Shown here: piece after piece, positions 25,678 through 39,078 of the stretch | How the letters are laid out: each line of letters starts with the position of its first letter | How positions within the stretch are numbered: the first letter of the stretch is position 1 | NCBI GenBank assembly: GCA_964187785.1 | Contig: OZ076409.1 | Location: 27,158,001-27,222,000 of the forward strand | Reading direction: 5' to 3' | DNA from: Amphiscolops sp. MND2022 | Lineage: Eukaryota | Length of the DNA: 64,000 nucleotides | Notes under the pieces: model-generated | Seen by the model: only the letters and a program-made list of their open reading frames with translations | What the model was told of the DNA's origin: nothing | Databases searched by the model: none | Program-made: the position numbers and the translations under genes

Positions 25678-28600
25678 TGTTCTATTTCTTGGTTCGAGTA
25701 AGAAAACAAAAGGGTTTTATTTAAAATGTCTCTTTAACATAAAGTACTGTCAAGCGATATTTCTTTAACTAAGATATCTGTAACAAATGATATAGTCTCT
25801 GTATGAAATGAGAGTACGGTGTTTACATATATGTAAAAACATAATCTTGGTAGCTCTAGGAAAAGATCTAAGTTTGATTGACAATGCCACCGAAAGATCG
25901 GTCCGGTATATGTACCGTATAACATTTCCTCCCTCCTGGGTCTTCTTCGGTTTCTTATTTTGATGTTCCCGGTGTTGGAGTTTTCTCGCGGATGAAGTCT
26001 GCGGGCTTCGTTAGTGGTTTTGGCGTCTCCTTTCTGTTGTTCCATTTTCCGGCTGTAACACTTGTAACAATTAATTTTTGATTTACACACAAAAATTTTT
26101 TGTATATGTAATCCCCCCGTATCTATTCGGTTGTCTACTTTCAATGTTGGACCGTCTTATTTTTTCATTTTCGGTTGTTTTACTATTTGTTTGTTTCTCA
26201 CCCGGATTTATCTCACCGTCTCTAGGTTCAGTTCATCTTCGGAGGATGTTGTGATTGGTTGGTAGCGGCCGTCTTGTTCAGAAGTGTCGTGATTTTCAAA
26301 GTCACTTTCTTCGTCTTCTATTTCGCCTTCCTTGCTTTCAGAGTCTGATTCGGTTCGCTGATGTTGTACAATTTTCAGCTTTCCGTTTAATACATCTCTT
26401 AGAATCTCGTTCCATTGAATGTATTTGCCATCGACTCCCCTGAGACAGTGTCGGTTTTTTGGAGTGATGGTATCTCCGATCTTCGGCGCTGTCTCTCTTT
26501 CTTTCTGAAATACAATTGGATCCAAAATAAATTTTCGGTGAATTATTTTTCCGGTATTAGTGGTTACGGTGTGTTCTGTGCCGTCCACTGCGGTTTGTAG
26601 GTGTTTGTGAAATCTTGCTTCTAATGATTTTTATTGTGTTTTTTTTCGAAAAATTGGAAGGGGTATCTACCAACCGAATTATTCTTTTTTGGTGATTTTT
26701 CGGCAAGTGTTTTTTTTCCGTTTTTGTTCGGGCCGTAAGGAGGTGATTAGATACTTCTCTTTCACCATTTCTGGTCACATAGATCGGTATCTTTGGGCGG
26801 TTGTTTGTTAACACAGGTAATTCTGACCAATTTGAAAGGAAAGATTTTCCGTCCTTTATTATATTTGTTAATTCGGTTCGTGGTTTTCGACCGTGATGTA
26901 ATTCAAACTGTGTGGTCTTTAGTCTCGTATGAATTGTCAACCGCATAACATTCAATGCTCTAATTACGCATTCGGTTAAACACGTGTTATCTTCCAAGTT
27001 TGCGATAATTAAGTTCTTTAGTGTTTGTATTGCGCGTTCTACTGCTCCCGTACCGGTATGCATTCTCGGTGTGCTATATTCAATCTCAATATTTTTCGTG
27101 TTACAGAATTCCTTGTGTTATTTGTCCCCCCCTTTGTCCGTTTTTATTTTCTCCGGTAATCCGTATAAATTGAAATTTTGTTTCAAGAAGTTTAATGCTT
27201 TCTTGGTTCGCGATGATTTGCAAATTTTGCAGTTGGCCGTTTACTGAATCTATCTATTGCGATTGATATTTGGTATTCTCCGTTTAATTTTTTGTTGTTT
27301 AATTACCGGAGAAATCTATTAGAAGTTCTTGTCCCGGTTCCGTCAATGTTTTTAGTTTTCCATACTCAGTTTTTGGTAATTGGTATTTTAAATTCTTGTC
27401 CGATGACATGCAGGCCACACACTTTTCTGTTTTGCCTTCTATCTCTTTTTGCATCTTCGGCAACCAAAATATTTTGGCCTCTGCTGTCAATTTGGTAGCT
27501 CCGGCATGTCCGAAATGTAGAGTGTCCAATATTTCTTCCGTAGTTCGGTCGGTACTACTATCCGGTCGTCGTTAAATGTAAGCCCCCATTTGTTGTTCAA
27601 CTTTTCGAAAATTGTTCGGTATTGATCCGGGACCGTGTTTTTATCGCCTCGTAGCTTTGCATCCCGTACCCGGCTGAGTTCGGCATCCGTTGTTGATTTG
27701 GCGATCAGTTTTTTAGATCGAGCATAAAGTTGAATTCAGACTTTTCGATCGTGTCTTCGGTGTTCTTTTTCTCACCGGTGACTTTTCTAATGATCTGGTT
27801 TATTTGTATAAACTGAACTTCCTTTCTTTCCTTCCGTGTTGTATGCCTTTAGATTAACGATGGGAAAGTTATCACCCCGGATTACTTGGCTTTCACCTTC
27901 GCTCTCTTGTTCGGTGTCTTCGATAGTTTCCGGTTTTTGGGCTTCTTGCTATTCTTCCACTCGCTCTTCGAGGGGTTGATATGCCCCGCCGAATCAATAT
28001 GCCCTTGATAGCAAATCACCGTCGATCTCCGCAATTTCTTCGCGACTTCTCTTAATTGGTCTTGAAGGTACCCAGATCTGTCTTTCCGCGTTCATGTCAA
28101 ACTTTCGGCGTATTGTTCCGGGCCGGGAGATTTCTAGTCGTCTTTCTACGAGCCGGAGGGTTTCTGGGCTTTTTCTTCGTCTTCTTATTATCTCCATAAT
28201 TTCAGCAGTTGCGCCCCAGTGAGAATAGTCTCTGTACATTTCGCTCTTAAATAGAGGTAATTCTTTTGATGATGTATTTTGAATCGAATTTAAATTCATG
28301 TTTCGGGTTGAGCTTTCCGTTTTGGCTTTTTGTCGGCGTTTGTTCGATGCGCTTTTTGTTTGTTCGTAGTTTTCATTCACTTCTCGGTTTTTCTCGAAAG
28401 TTCTGTTTCGATGTGATTGGTTGTTTAAATTCTCTTCGGTTGTTTTAGTACTTTTCGGTGCGTTTTGTGATTGGTCGACGAATAGTGGTCCCTATTTTGC
28501 GTTTAAATCGGTTTGTTCTGAGAGAATATTAATTATGTATTGCTCGTAGTATACGTCTTCGCTCGCTGCTTTCTCTACCGGATTTCTACTAAGAAAGTCG

Positions 28601-31547
28601 GTGAATTTTATATTGTTTCCTGCGATGGGTTGGATAGCAATATCAAAGTGCGCGAGTCGATCTAACCATCTAGTTAGTCTTGCGCTGTATTGTCTTTTGC
28701 ACCGATTTCTTTTAATCAAAGGTTCAAGTGCCTGGTGATCGGATATAAAAAGATTTTCTTTCCGTATAGATAAAATAGGAATTTCTCTAGCCCCAAACAA
28801 CTGCGAGTATTTCAATTCTAATTCTCCGATTGAGTAATTCTTTTCGCTATTGTTTAGGTATCTGCTTCCGAATGCTATCGGTTTCATTTCTCCATCCGAC
28901 TGTTTTTGCCATAAAGTTATTCCAAGTCCGGTTTTACTGGCGTCGGTTGTAACTATGTTTTCTCTGTCCTTGGTGTAATGGGTTAAACTTTATGTGTTCT
29001 TCGGTTAACATTTCTTTTATTTTATTGAAGTCCTTGTCTTGTTCTTTCCCCCAGTTCCATACCGAGTCCTTTTTTAGGAGTCTTCGGAGTTTTTCTGTTT
29101 TTTCCGATAATCTCGGTAAGAACTTTGCAAGGTATTGTATTGCACAGAGGAATGACTTCAGTTGGTTTTGGTATTCTGGATGTTTCAAATCCAGAATTGC
29201 TTTCACTTTTTCTTTGTTCGGTTTACTTCCCGTCTCATCAATTTCATGTCCGAGCCACTTTGTTTTATTTAGGAAGTATTCGAATTTTCTTTCACTTGCT
29301 CGGTATCCGGCGTCTTCTAAACTCTTTAATACATCGAATAGTTTGTTTTGGTGTTCGTTTCGGTCGCCTCTAGTTACTACGATCATATCGTCAAGCCATG
29401 CCGGTGTGGAATTTTCTAGAGTTCGGTCAATTGTTTCTTGGAATATTGCTGGGATATCGGCAAGACCGTAGAATTCCTTTTTGAATCGATAATATCCGCT
29501 GAACTTTCCTTCGGTTATTGCAAATACACATTGTCGGCTTGTTTCTTTTGATAATTTGATCTGACTATATGCATAGTCGAGATCAATTTTCGACATCTCT
29601 AATTCTTTCGTCCGGTCTCTTGTGATTTCTACCGAAATTTGGTTTGATAGTTTTTCCAGGTTCGGCATGTGTGGTTGGTTTTTTATACAGCTGTCGTTCA
29701 GTTTTCTCGAATCTAATGCAATTTTTACCGACTTGTCGTTCTTTACCCTTTGAAACAAAGCTCTTCATCTACGTGTTTTACTTTCTCCATGTGTCCGGTT
29801 TTTAATAATATCTCCAATTCTCTCCCGACGTCTTCTTGTAGATGTAGTGGGATCGGTTTTGCTTTTTGTTTCACCGGATAGTGTCCCGGTTTTAATTGGA
29901 TGTTGATCTCGGTGTCTTTTATCGTGGTGTTATTTTTAAATAGGTCCGGGAATTTTTCAATTATTCGTTTCTTTTCCAACTGGTTACTGTCCTTTACTCG
30001 GATGATTCCAACTGTTAGTTTGATATTTTTATCCAGTCCATTCCGAGTAACGGTGTTATGTCGTTTCTTTCGGTAATCAAGATTAGCATTTTTTGTTTGT
30101 TGTTCTCGTATTCGATATCAGCCGGTATCTGTCCCCGGAATTTCACTTCATTTTTATTCACGTCTTGGTATTGGTGTTTGACTTTCTGTATCTCGGTTCG
30201 CTCCATTATATTCTCGTCTACAGGCATTATTGAAATTGGTGATCCGGTATCCACTATGAATTCTTTTTCGATTCCGTTTACTTTCACTATTGTTGTTAGA
30301 TATTTGTTTCTGTCGGTAATTCTATTCATTTTTTCGATTCTGTGTATACTCATCTCTGATTCGTCTGTTTCTCCTCCAATTGCATCTAATTCTTCTTCGG
30401 TAACATTACGTACTTTGCGTTTGTAGTTTTCTCTTTGTTTGCAAACGCGTGCGAAATATCCCTTCTTCCCGCAGTTATTGCAAAATTTTCCAATGCCGGC
30501 CATTTGTGAGTGGGATTCCAGTTCGGTGCGTTACAGAATTTACAAGGTTTCTCGTTTGTAAATTTATTCCTTGGTCTTGTATCGTATCTTTCCATTCTTT
30601 GTATCGGTTCTTCTTTTATTAATTTCTCTCGGCTTGATATCAGTGCTTCCAGTATACTATTTTTCCGATTTTTTCCTTCATAAGTATTTTGTTTGATCAT
30701 TCAAATTGTTTTCTTCAGTTCAAGCGTTTTCTCTTTCATCAATTTGTCTCGGAGTTTTGTATCCGTAATTGCGGTCATGAATTTTGAAACTAATGTGTCT
30801 TCGGTCGTTACTCCTTCGAATGCGCATTCTGTTTCTATTTCTTTGAGTTTCCGCCAGAAATATTCCGGTGTTTCGGATGCGGTTTGTCGTGTCCAGAAGA
30901 ATTCCCCGCGGTTATGATAAGTGTTCCGTTTCGGTAAGAAATATTCGTTGAATAATCGGATAAGGTCTTTTACCGATATTTTGTCGGGTTCTGTTTTGTA
31001 CTCCGCTCATTTGATATAGTGCTTTGGGTCCGATTCCCCATATGAAATCTTCTTGAATTTCATCTTCTTTTCCGGACCAACCGGTTTGTGTTATTCCAGC
31101 TTCCCGTATTAATTCGGTGACGTCCATTTTGTGTTTTCTCTTGGTATATTGCCGAAATCTTTCAAGCCATTGTTTCGGAGTGAACATTCTTTTCCTGTCT
31201 GCTGTGGCTTCGAAATTCGGTACTTCGATGTTGCTTTCTTCTGTCGTTTTCTTTGTCGTAATTAGAATTTCTAGTGTAGTTTAGATTGCTGACTGCGCCA
31301 TGTTCTATTTCTTGGTTTGAGTAAGAAAACAAAAGGGTTTTATTTAAAATCTCTCTTTAACATAAAGTATTGGCAAGCGATCTTTCTTTAACTAGGCTAT
31401 CGGTAACAAATGATATAGTCTCTGTATGAAATGAGAGTACGGTGTTTACATATATGTATAAACATAATCTTGGTAGCTCTAAGAAAAGATCTAAGTTTGA
31501 TTGACAATGTCACCGAAAGATCGGTCCGGTGTATGTACCGTATAACA
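25678..31547 (-). mobile_element. Full-length decayed Ty3/Gypsy LTR retrotransposon
   Basis: 247-bp TG..CA LTRs (25678-25924 and 31301-31547; ~12 differences by eye), 5-bp TSD GTATG, PBS TGGCGCAGTCAGCA (tRNA-Ser-like), PPT AGGAGGGAGGAAA. Domain order gag-PR-RT-RH-IN. Confidence 0.95.
26200..31187 (-). pseudogene. Frameshifted gag-pol (zinc knuckle, aspartic protease, RT, RNase H, integrase)
   Basis: CNNCGKKGYFARVC; FIVDTGS; WLDD (YXDD-like); SDHQAL and IAFGSR; HFGHAG..CVAC; GAVERAIQTLK. Split over many ORFs. Confidence 0.9.
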
Positions 31548-32231
31548 GTATGTACCACTTTTTAGTACAGACTTTAATCAGTTTAGGGGAACCCCTCGGT
31601 CGCGGGTTCGAGTCGCTGCTTCAGCCAGAAACGTTCGGTGCATTTGCGAAACCGAACAAGTTTGAAAGGTCCTCAATTTCAATTTTTTTTCGGCACTATC
31701 AGTTTTTTTCTAAAACTTTTCTCATGTCTAAGGGGTCCCCACTTCACCTTTTTAAAATATTTTGCAACAAACTGGAGTTTCAAAAAGCCCAAAGGGTTTC
31801 CCCTTTTACATTTTTGGGAACTATGAGGCTGTTTCAGAATTCTCATTTTTCGTCTGAACTTAGGTTTTCTCAATATATACCCACAAACAATTTTTTTCAA
31901 TACTATCTGAATTTTGACGTAATATAGGGAGTAAAGCGCTATATCGGAATATTTGGCGTTATATCTGAACTATATTGCGTTTTACTAAGGAGGAAGCGGA
32001 GGTTCGAAAACAGCAGTTTTTCATGTAAATGTCCTACGCGTGTTTTAAAAACGGCCTTTTTGAGGTGTTATAGCCTTATATAAAGCGCCGACTTTGGACG
32101 TTCCCGTCTTGTTGTTTCCTATTCCCTTCTTGTTTTCTAACTTATAAACAAAAACGCAATAAGTCAATCTCAATTTAACGCGAACTTCAATCTCAAACTG
32201 GAAAGGGCACTTTTGTTGTTTAATGTTCCAG

Positions 32232-32451
32232 TTTCTGGGGCATCAATGAGAACCACATCCAGGAGTGCTGCTGGATCAACTATCTGGAACAGAAGGAGGT
32301 GCAGGAGTACTGTCGGAAGCAGTGGGCAGAGAAACAGCTAGAACTGAAGAGCATGTATAACACGGGGCACAAGGTCACCTCCAAGTGGCAGCACTTCCGA
32401 AAGATGCTCTGGATTCTGCTGGAAGACCCCCTCTCCTCTGTGGCCGCTAAG
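32232..32451 (+). CDS. Shaw: Kv3/Shaw-like exon 3 (T1 end to pre-S1)
   Basis: TTCCAG acceptor; FWGINENHIQECCWINY...LWILLEDPLSSVAAK; donor AG|GTTATC. Confidence 0.9.
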
Positions 32452-33353
32452 GTTATCCACCGTCTTAACGAAGTCCGGAGAACGATTCGAGTGTATACTG
32501 AGTAGTTTATAAATTATAGACAATAAGTTTACATTTTTAAACATTAAAACTTAGCGTCTGTATGTCAACATGTACCATTAGTTGGTAGCCATTACGACGC
32601 CAATCGGGGAAGTTTTCAATTTTTCAGGATTTGACAAAAGTTGGTTTTCGCACCTATCAAAATGTGTTTTCAAGATTTCACAAAAGTTGTGCACTTCAAA
32701 GAAAATGGCAGTGCCGCCAAAATGATTGAAGAATTCACACACTAAAATTTGTAGTGCGAAAATGAAAGTTTCAAGAAGTGAGAAAATACTTTGTGGATTC
32801 TTCATATTAATGATAATCTATGCTGCACATGCAACGGCATTGGTGCAGGAATTCTTCGCTTTTGTCATTTTTTGAACACTTTTGTGATCTCTTGAACACT
32901 TTTCTGGATTCTTCAAACATTTGAAGTGTTCGCTTTTCATGAGATCTTCGTATCAAATCTTTGTATTTTTATGTCAGAACCACAGTAATACCGTCATTTG
33001 AATAGGTAGTTTTGATTTAAACTTCATCAAGTGACAAAAAGTCAACGAAAACTAAGACAACTGCGATAACTTTCCTTGTATCTGATCAATAAAGCATCAA
33101 TTATTGTTTTTAGCTACGATATAGTCAAAATTTTCTTGATGATATACAGCAACTAAATATAAGACTACAGGTTTATAGTTTCATAGTCTAATAATAGCAT
33201 GACAGTTTTATAGTCTTGTAGCCTTACAGTCTGTAGAAGTGTGACTTTCGAAGTGTTACGTACCTACTTCAAGTTACAAAATTGGAAGAAACATTGTTAC
33301 AAAATAAATTCGCCCATTTAGGAGCAACGTAACAAATATAACAACAATATGCA

Positions 33354-34856
33354 TTACAATGAATTAATCTGAAGAACCGTTCGAATTACATCTAGCCCCA
33401 AGTCGACATCTTCCGCTGTTATACACATAGGGGGTTTCACCCGCAAGACATTCCCAAATGGACCCCCTCGGCCCACTAGGAGCCCCAAATCTTTCAAATC
33501 TTGTAAGAACTTCACAGCTTTTCTTTCTTCCAAAGGTTTCTTGCTCTCTTTGTTTTCTACAAGCTCAAGCCCAATCATCAAACCTTTCCCTCGAACATCG
33601 CCCACCATTTCAAACTCTTCTCTCAACTGACAGAGTCCTTGAATTAATCTGGTTCCAACTTCGTCGCAGTTTTGTTGCAAATTCTCATCTTCCATAATGT
33701 TCAGAACTTCTTCACCAACCGCACATGCAAGAGGGTTGCCTCCGAAAGTGTTAAAATAAGCACCCGTCAGATGTGACGCAACTTCAGGAGTTGTAACTAC
33801 TGCCGCTAATGGAAACCCATTACCGATACCTTTGGCCGTTACAACAATATCGGGAGTCACACCGTGCGACTGAAAGCCCCAGAAATGACTGCCAAGTCTT
33901 CCAAATCCTGTTTGTACTTCGTCAGATATGCAAACACCTCCACATTCTCTCGTGATTTTGTATGCTTCGTTTATAAATCCTCTTGGATATTGCACAGTAC
34001 CACCGACACCTTGTATTCCCTCAGCAACAAAAGCGGCCAAGTTTTTGGAGGTCGTGAAATTAACGGTGTCCAAAAACTCTTGAACATACTTCCCAGCTGC
34101 CGAACACTTCCCGTTTTTACACTCACAGCGTCTGCCAAGAACCTGTGAGATGCTGTCACGACAACTGGACCCACCGTAAGGACCTTGGTACGGGTCTACC
34201 AGTGTCCCGAGATGGAGCATTCCATGCCTTTTAGTGACGTTGAAATGCCAACCAGGTCCGCTGCTAAGACCCATGGTACCGATGCCTGTTCCGTGGTACC
34301 CGTTTCGCAGGGCCACAATCTCATGATTTCCCGTTGAAATTCTTGCAAGTAACATAGCCAAGTCGTTTGCTTCAGATCCGGAATTCACAAAATGAGCCAC
34401 GCTCAAGTTTTTTGGCAACTTTGAAGTCAGTTTTTTAGCATAGGAGGAAATTTGTGGGTGTGTGTAGATAGCTGCTGTGTGCCATAAAGTTTCAGATTGT
34501 TCTTGCAAAACCTTGACTAGTCTTGGATGACAATGACCAACTGAAACAGTTGCGATCCCAGCAAAAAAATCTAGGTACCTTTTTCCATTGTGATCAAATA
34601 TCCATTGTTTACTGGCCGTTGAAACCATCAAGGGCTCTTTGTAATAGGGTTCCAGAGAACGATTCAAATGAACTTTCTTCAGTTTCAGCAATTCTTCGTA
34701 ACTGAACTTTGATCTACTAAGAAAAGATTCCGAAGCTTGACTGGAACTGACGTTTGCTTGAGCAATCGCTGAAAACGCGGCTTTAGGAATCCATGATGTG
34801 GTTGTTTTAGGAAACCAAACTGTCTTAGGGGCTTGAGAAAGAATGACTCTCAGCAT
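33354..34856 (-). CDS. AGXT2: Alanine-glyoxylate aminotransferase 2-like (class III PLP aminotransferase), paralogue A, probably mitochondrial
   Basis: 500-aa intronless ORF with YLDFFAGIATVSVGHCHP, NSGSEANDLA, ISDEVQTGFGR and TAKGIGNG (PLP Lys). Arg/Ser-rich, acid-free N-terminus. Likely 5'UTR intron 35132-34885. Confidence 0.92.
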   Translation of the reverse strand: MLRVILSQAPKTVWFPKTTTSWIPKAAFSAIAQANVSSSQASESFLSRSKFSYEELLKLKKVHLNRSLEPYYKEPLMVSTASKQWIFDHNGKRYLDFFAGIATVSVGHCHPRLVKVLQEQSETLWHTAAIYTHPQISSYAKKLTSKLPKNLSVAHFVNSGSEANDLAMLLARISTGNHEIVALRNGYHGTGIGTMGLSSGPGWHFNVTKRHGMLHLGTLVDPYQGPYGGSSCRDSISQVLGRRCECKNGKCSAAGKYVQEFLDTVNFTTSKNLAAFVAEGIQGVGGTVQYPRGFINEAYKITRECGGVCISDEVQTGFGRLGSHFWGFQSHGVTPDIVVTAKGIGNGFPLAAVVTTPEVASHLTGAYFNTFGGNPLACAVGEEVLNIMEDENLQQNCDEVGTRLIQGLCQLREEFEMVGDVRGKGLMIGLELVENKESKKPLEERKAVKFLQDLKDLGLLVGRGGPFGNVLRVKPPMCITAEDVDLGLDVIRTVLQINSL

Positions 34857-36090
34857 GGTTGGTTATCTTTTAATGTCAACTGGGCTGAAAAAAAGGTTTT
34901 TGATAATATTTGAAAACTTGGATGATTGAAATTGTCTTGAAGAAAATGCAAATCTGAAAAAAAATCTGATATCGAGATTGTTTGATTATAGATTCTTGTG
35001 TTTTAGAGTTTAAACTATTACTCTCATAAACCGATCAATATTTCCCATTAATTGTTTTTCATGTAATGTTTGCTGTAATTTGTTAATTCTGAAAACTGCG
35101 ATTGGTGTTAATATTTATTCAAACCAACTTACCAAGTTAAGCTAGTGACCTCTCAAATCGGAATGGCCGTAGAAACTATCTCTTCGGTGTAGAAAGTTGT
35201 CACGTGTAGAAACTAGTCAACTTTGTTCACAATGTGCCAAGCCCCCAAATGTAACACAGTAAGGTATTAGGTTTGCATTTCATGCCGAGTTTCATAGAGA
35301 CCTGCAACATGCAAACACAAAGTTTTGGTCGTTTAGATGGAGTTTCGGCCATAATCAGCTGGCCGTTTATTCTACGCTTTTGTCCCAATTATGACAACAA
35401 AATTGTTACAACAAAGATGATAAAACTTGAAGTTTAACATCTATCAAATTTCCATCCTCCGCATTTCATTGAGATTTTTCATTTTCCACTCATATATCTG
35501 AGAAAGATCAAGAGCAATTTTTTAAATTGGGTATAAAAAGAATTATTTGAGAAGCATTTAAAAATTAATTATCGATTAGGAACACAGGAATAAAAAGTTC
35601 ATCCTCAGCCGGCATTTTTCCTAGATTCGTATCATACGTATTTTGAAAAAATCAAAACTTTTTATCAGAAAAGCAGCTCAAAATTTAAGAAAAAACATTT
35701 GATCAATAAAATGTTTTTAATTTCAATCTTGAGTTGGAGCTTGTTTGAACGATGAAAGCTTACTATTCCGAATTTGAGTCAAATTGCTCTCTCGTTTTTT
35801 TTTCAATCCTTGTGGAAAAGACCAAACGAATTGTGTTCTTAGCCTTAGATCAGATAACTGCCACAAAGACACAGAAAGTCCTTCTTTAAGTTTGTTCTGC
35901 TTTATTTCGAAAACTTTGCCATTTCATTTTCTTTGCCGTGCTTCCTTTGCTTTTTTGATGCTTTCAATTTTAAAAAACTTTCTCAACTGAAAGGGCCCTT
36001 TAATTTTTTTCTGGTACTGTGATACTTTCGAATTTTGTTTACTGCAAGATTTCGACGAACAACTCTACCGGAAGAACTTTAAAGTCGTTT

Positions 36091-36150
36091 GGCCTAGTGA
36101 CTAGAGGTCAAGGGTTATTGCAAGTATGTCATGGGTTCGATTCTGAGAAA
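36091..36150 (+). repeat. tRNA-derived (SINE-head-like) fragment
   Basis: A-box-like GGCCTAGTGACTAGAGG and B-box GGTTCGATTC (36134-43); no intact cloverleaf. Confidence 0.35.
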
Positions 36151-36231
36151 GGTCTGAGTTTTTTATATTATACATACACTATTTTGGTATGGTCTGTTCC
36201 CTAAACCGTTTCGCGCCTTGAAGATGCGCCT

Positions 36232-36400
36232 TGAATAACGTCTAACGAATAACGTGTAAAAGTGTTTCGGGAATAACGTCTAAAAGAATAATGTCTAAAA
36301 TTCGATGTTCCAATATAGCGATGGGCATGGCTTGGCTTTAGACGTTTTTCCCGTTTTGCCTTTAGACGTTATCCCTTAGACGTTATTCCCGCTCCCCGGC
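36232..36400. mobile_element. MITE-like element made of inverted GAATAACGTCTAA arrays
   Basis: About 4 forward copies followed by 3 reverse TTAGACGTT(A/T)T copies. Confidence 0.5.
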
Positions 36401-36720
36401 GCTAATTTATGCCCATTCCGGATAGTTGAATCCATTGTACAAGTTTCCAACGGACTTTTGACTGTTTGTTTCCGAAATTGTCGAAGACAGAAAAGATCCC
36501 GGTGCTTGACGAGCGTCTCGTTAAATATTGCTCGGAGCGTTTTGTGTATTTATGGCTTATATCAATCGTAACTGCTTCTTGCAAAGCTAGAGATGATCAA
36601 TATAAGGTTGGTCAAAATGCTTAACTGTATGAACGTGAAAGAAAAATATTCAACAAGAAATGAAAAGGAACTTTCGTTGACAAGTGAACGGTAATTCATG
36701 TTTTCTTTCACTATCTCTGT

Positions 36721-38904
36721 TGTAGTCTTTCTTGTTATATGAACAAGAATTCAATCATCAAACAGAATTGTTATCTATCTTTTTTCAATATGATTAAGCT
36801 AACGCTTCTTCTCCACTTGTTTGGCAGGTACTAAAGAATTAACACAAATAAAGACAGTAACAAAAGTAGACAAATTAATTTAGGCAGTCTGAGGTCTTTA
36901 CATTCCCGCCACTACTATTGGCTGTTGTTCGGCCAGGGGGGTTATGTTGATCTTTTTTGTGGCGGTTGTTCCTCCAGTGGTCAATTGTTTGGTAGACAGG
37001 TAACCTTTAATCGCTTTTGTGGTTGTCATGGTGTCGATTTAATCGTGACATCCGAATATGGCTTGTTGGATGGGCTATTGTTTTCCATCCCCGGCTCTGT
37101 GTCCATTTGAACCAATGTCATTCCTGAGTTTCACCTTTTTAAGGTGTTTCCTGTAATCATGGCATACTGGATGAATAAATCTAACAATCGGATTGGATTT
37201 TGTCAAATCTTTTCGATCTGCGTACAGATTTTTCTTCTTCTTCATGTTTAAGATCATTTTGTGATTTAGTACCCGAGCAGGCGGTTGCTTGCTAGCTCCA
37301 GTTCGGAGATTTGTATGCTATTTCCTTCCTCTATGTTGGGGTATGAAATAAGGTTTTTAAATTCGTTACCGTTTGCGTCGCTGATTAAGAGTTCTTTGTC
37401 AGCGCGTTTAAGTCGTCTAAAGCATTGTAAGAGGCAGTAAGGGTAAGGTCCTGGCTAGTTGAAGCTGTTGAGGTTCCCGGTCTACTTTCGTGCTAGTTTG
37501 GTTAAGGCGGTGTTGGCCGATCCTTTTTCAGATTGCTCCACTCATCTTGTCTTGTTTGGCGTTGGAATCCCCCTCTGTGCTGTGGACCAGTTCGTTGACG
37601 TAAGTCTCCTCGATTTCAGATTATTTGCTGTATTCGTTTTTCGATTACTTTTTTGTCTTTTCTCAGAAAATTGGGCCCGTGGTAACGCTTCCACTTTTTT
37701 CCCCGGCCAACTGATAAATACCGGGGTTAACCGCTTCTGTCCATCTTCGGATTAAATCTGTCGTTTCAGCGGATAAATCTGTCCTTTCAGCGCCGCAAGG
37801 ATATCAATTGTTCATGCGCCTCCTTCGACTGTAGTTTGTGTTTACTTCGTGTTTGCTTCCGACAGCTCCGCTGTCTGATTGGTCGGGGTGGTTGCTAAGG
37901 CAACTGTGTTTGAAAATGATATTGCTTTGCGGCAAAATCTTCTTGATGACGTTTTCTTCGTCGAATACGTCATCCGTTTCTGGCTGCGCTGTAGGATTTC
38001 TACTTAGGTAGTCCGCGAGTGCTAAGTGTTTCCGACTCTATGGTACAGTAACAGTGAAGTGTGCTAATCCGTCCAGCCACTCGTTAACCGTGCGCTGTAC
38101 GTTTTGATTTGTTAGAGCGGCACCGTTTAATTAACAGTTCTAATGCCTGGTGGTCTGTCAGTAACTAAGGCGACTCACGGTAAATACATGATTGAAAATA
38201 TTCTCAGAACTAAACTACTGCTAACAAATCAAGTTCGTTTATTGCATATTTTTTTTGGGTGAGACAAAAAGCGCTTGCGAACTTTATTGGTTTGAGTTTT
38301 CCGTCAGACTGTTCCTGCCATAAAGTTGTACCGAAGGTGTCAGTTTATATGACGTTCGGGTATTTCGAGTCGCAGTTGGCCAAACGCGGCATTCACGAAG
38401 ATTTTTGTTCGAGGATTTCAAATGCTGCTGTGTGTTCGTCCGCCTGACTGGTTTCGTCACTTCTCTGATAGCATTCTCTTCAATTGCCCATTGAAATATG
38501 TCTTTTACTTCTGTTTCCAGTTGATCACGGTCTCGTGGCAGTATGTCTTTGCTACCAGTATGTCATGGTTGAGAGATCGACGTCCTTTGTCATTTTCATA
38601 TACTGTACAAACTTCCGCCACCACATGTTTGCATGGTTTGGTCTTGTCTTTCCGTTGTTCGAATGGTAAGTTTTTGGGGACAGGTCCGGCCTGTCGTCCT
38701 GTTCAGTGTATCTTTGTGTAGCAGTTGTCCACTTGACCGTGGTTCCGCCAACGTCTTTGCCGCCCCCCCCCCTCTTTGGTGTTGTTTCCACGTTTGCTTC
38801 CATGTCGTTCTGTTGAATTTTGTGGAAATCGGATGTAACACTTTGATGGATACTGTGACTGCGTCATGTGGTATTATACCTTGTTATATGAAAAGTATCG
38901 CACA
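36721..38904 (-). mobile_element. Heavily deleted Ty3/Gypsy element
   Basis: RNase H remnants (TDHQAL, YSARLT..WLDGLAHF at ~38050-38160), gag-like WWRKFVQYMKMTKDVDL, PBS-like TGACGCAGTCAC next to 38867. Probable LTR 36721-36902 shares CTTGTTATATGAA with the sequence from 38867. Confidence 0.65.
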
Positions 38905-39078
38905 TTTTTTTTTGATTTTGGAACCCCAGTTTCAACTGTGATACACTTTGGCTCAGTAGGTTCAGTGAGTGGGCCTTGAAAAAAGTGTCAGTAGGATTAA
39001 AAGGATTACTGAAATGGATTACTGAATGCGCTGAAACGGATCAATTTTTCGACTTCACTTAATACTACACAAAAAATG

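Larger units (their letters stand above)
25599..32113. mobile_element. HINE (DINE-1-like) copy interrupted by the Gypsy insertion
   Basis: Left end TTATTCGGCGCTTTTCTT at ~25599; the body resumes after 31552 and ends GCGCCGACTTTGGACGTTCCCGTCTTGTT at 32113. Confidence 0.55.
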
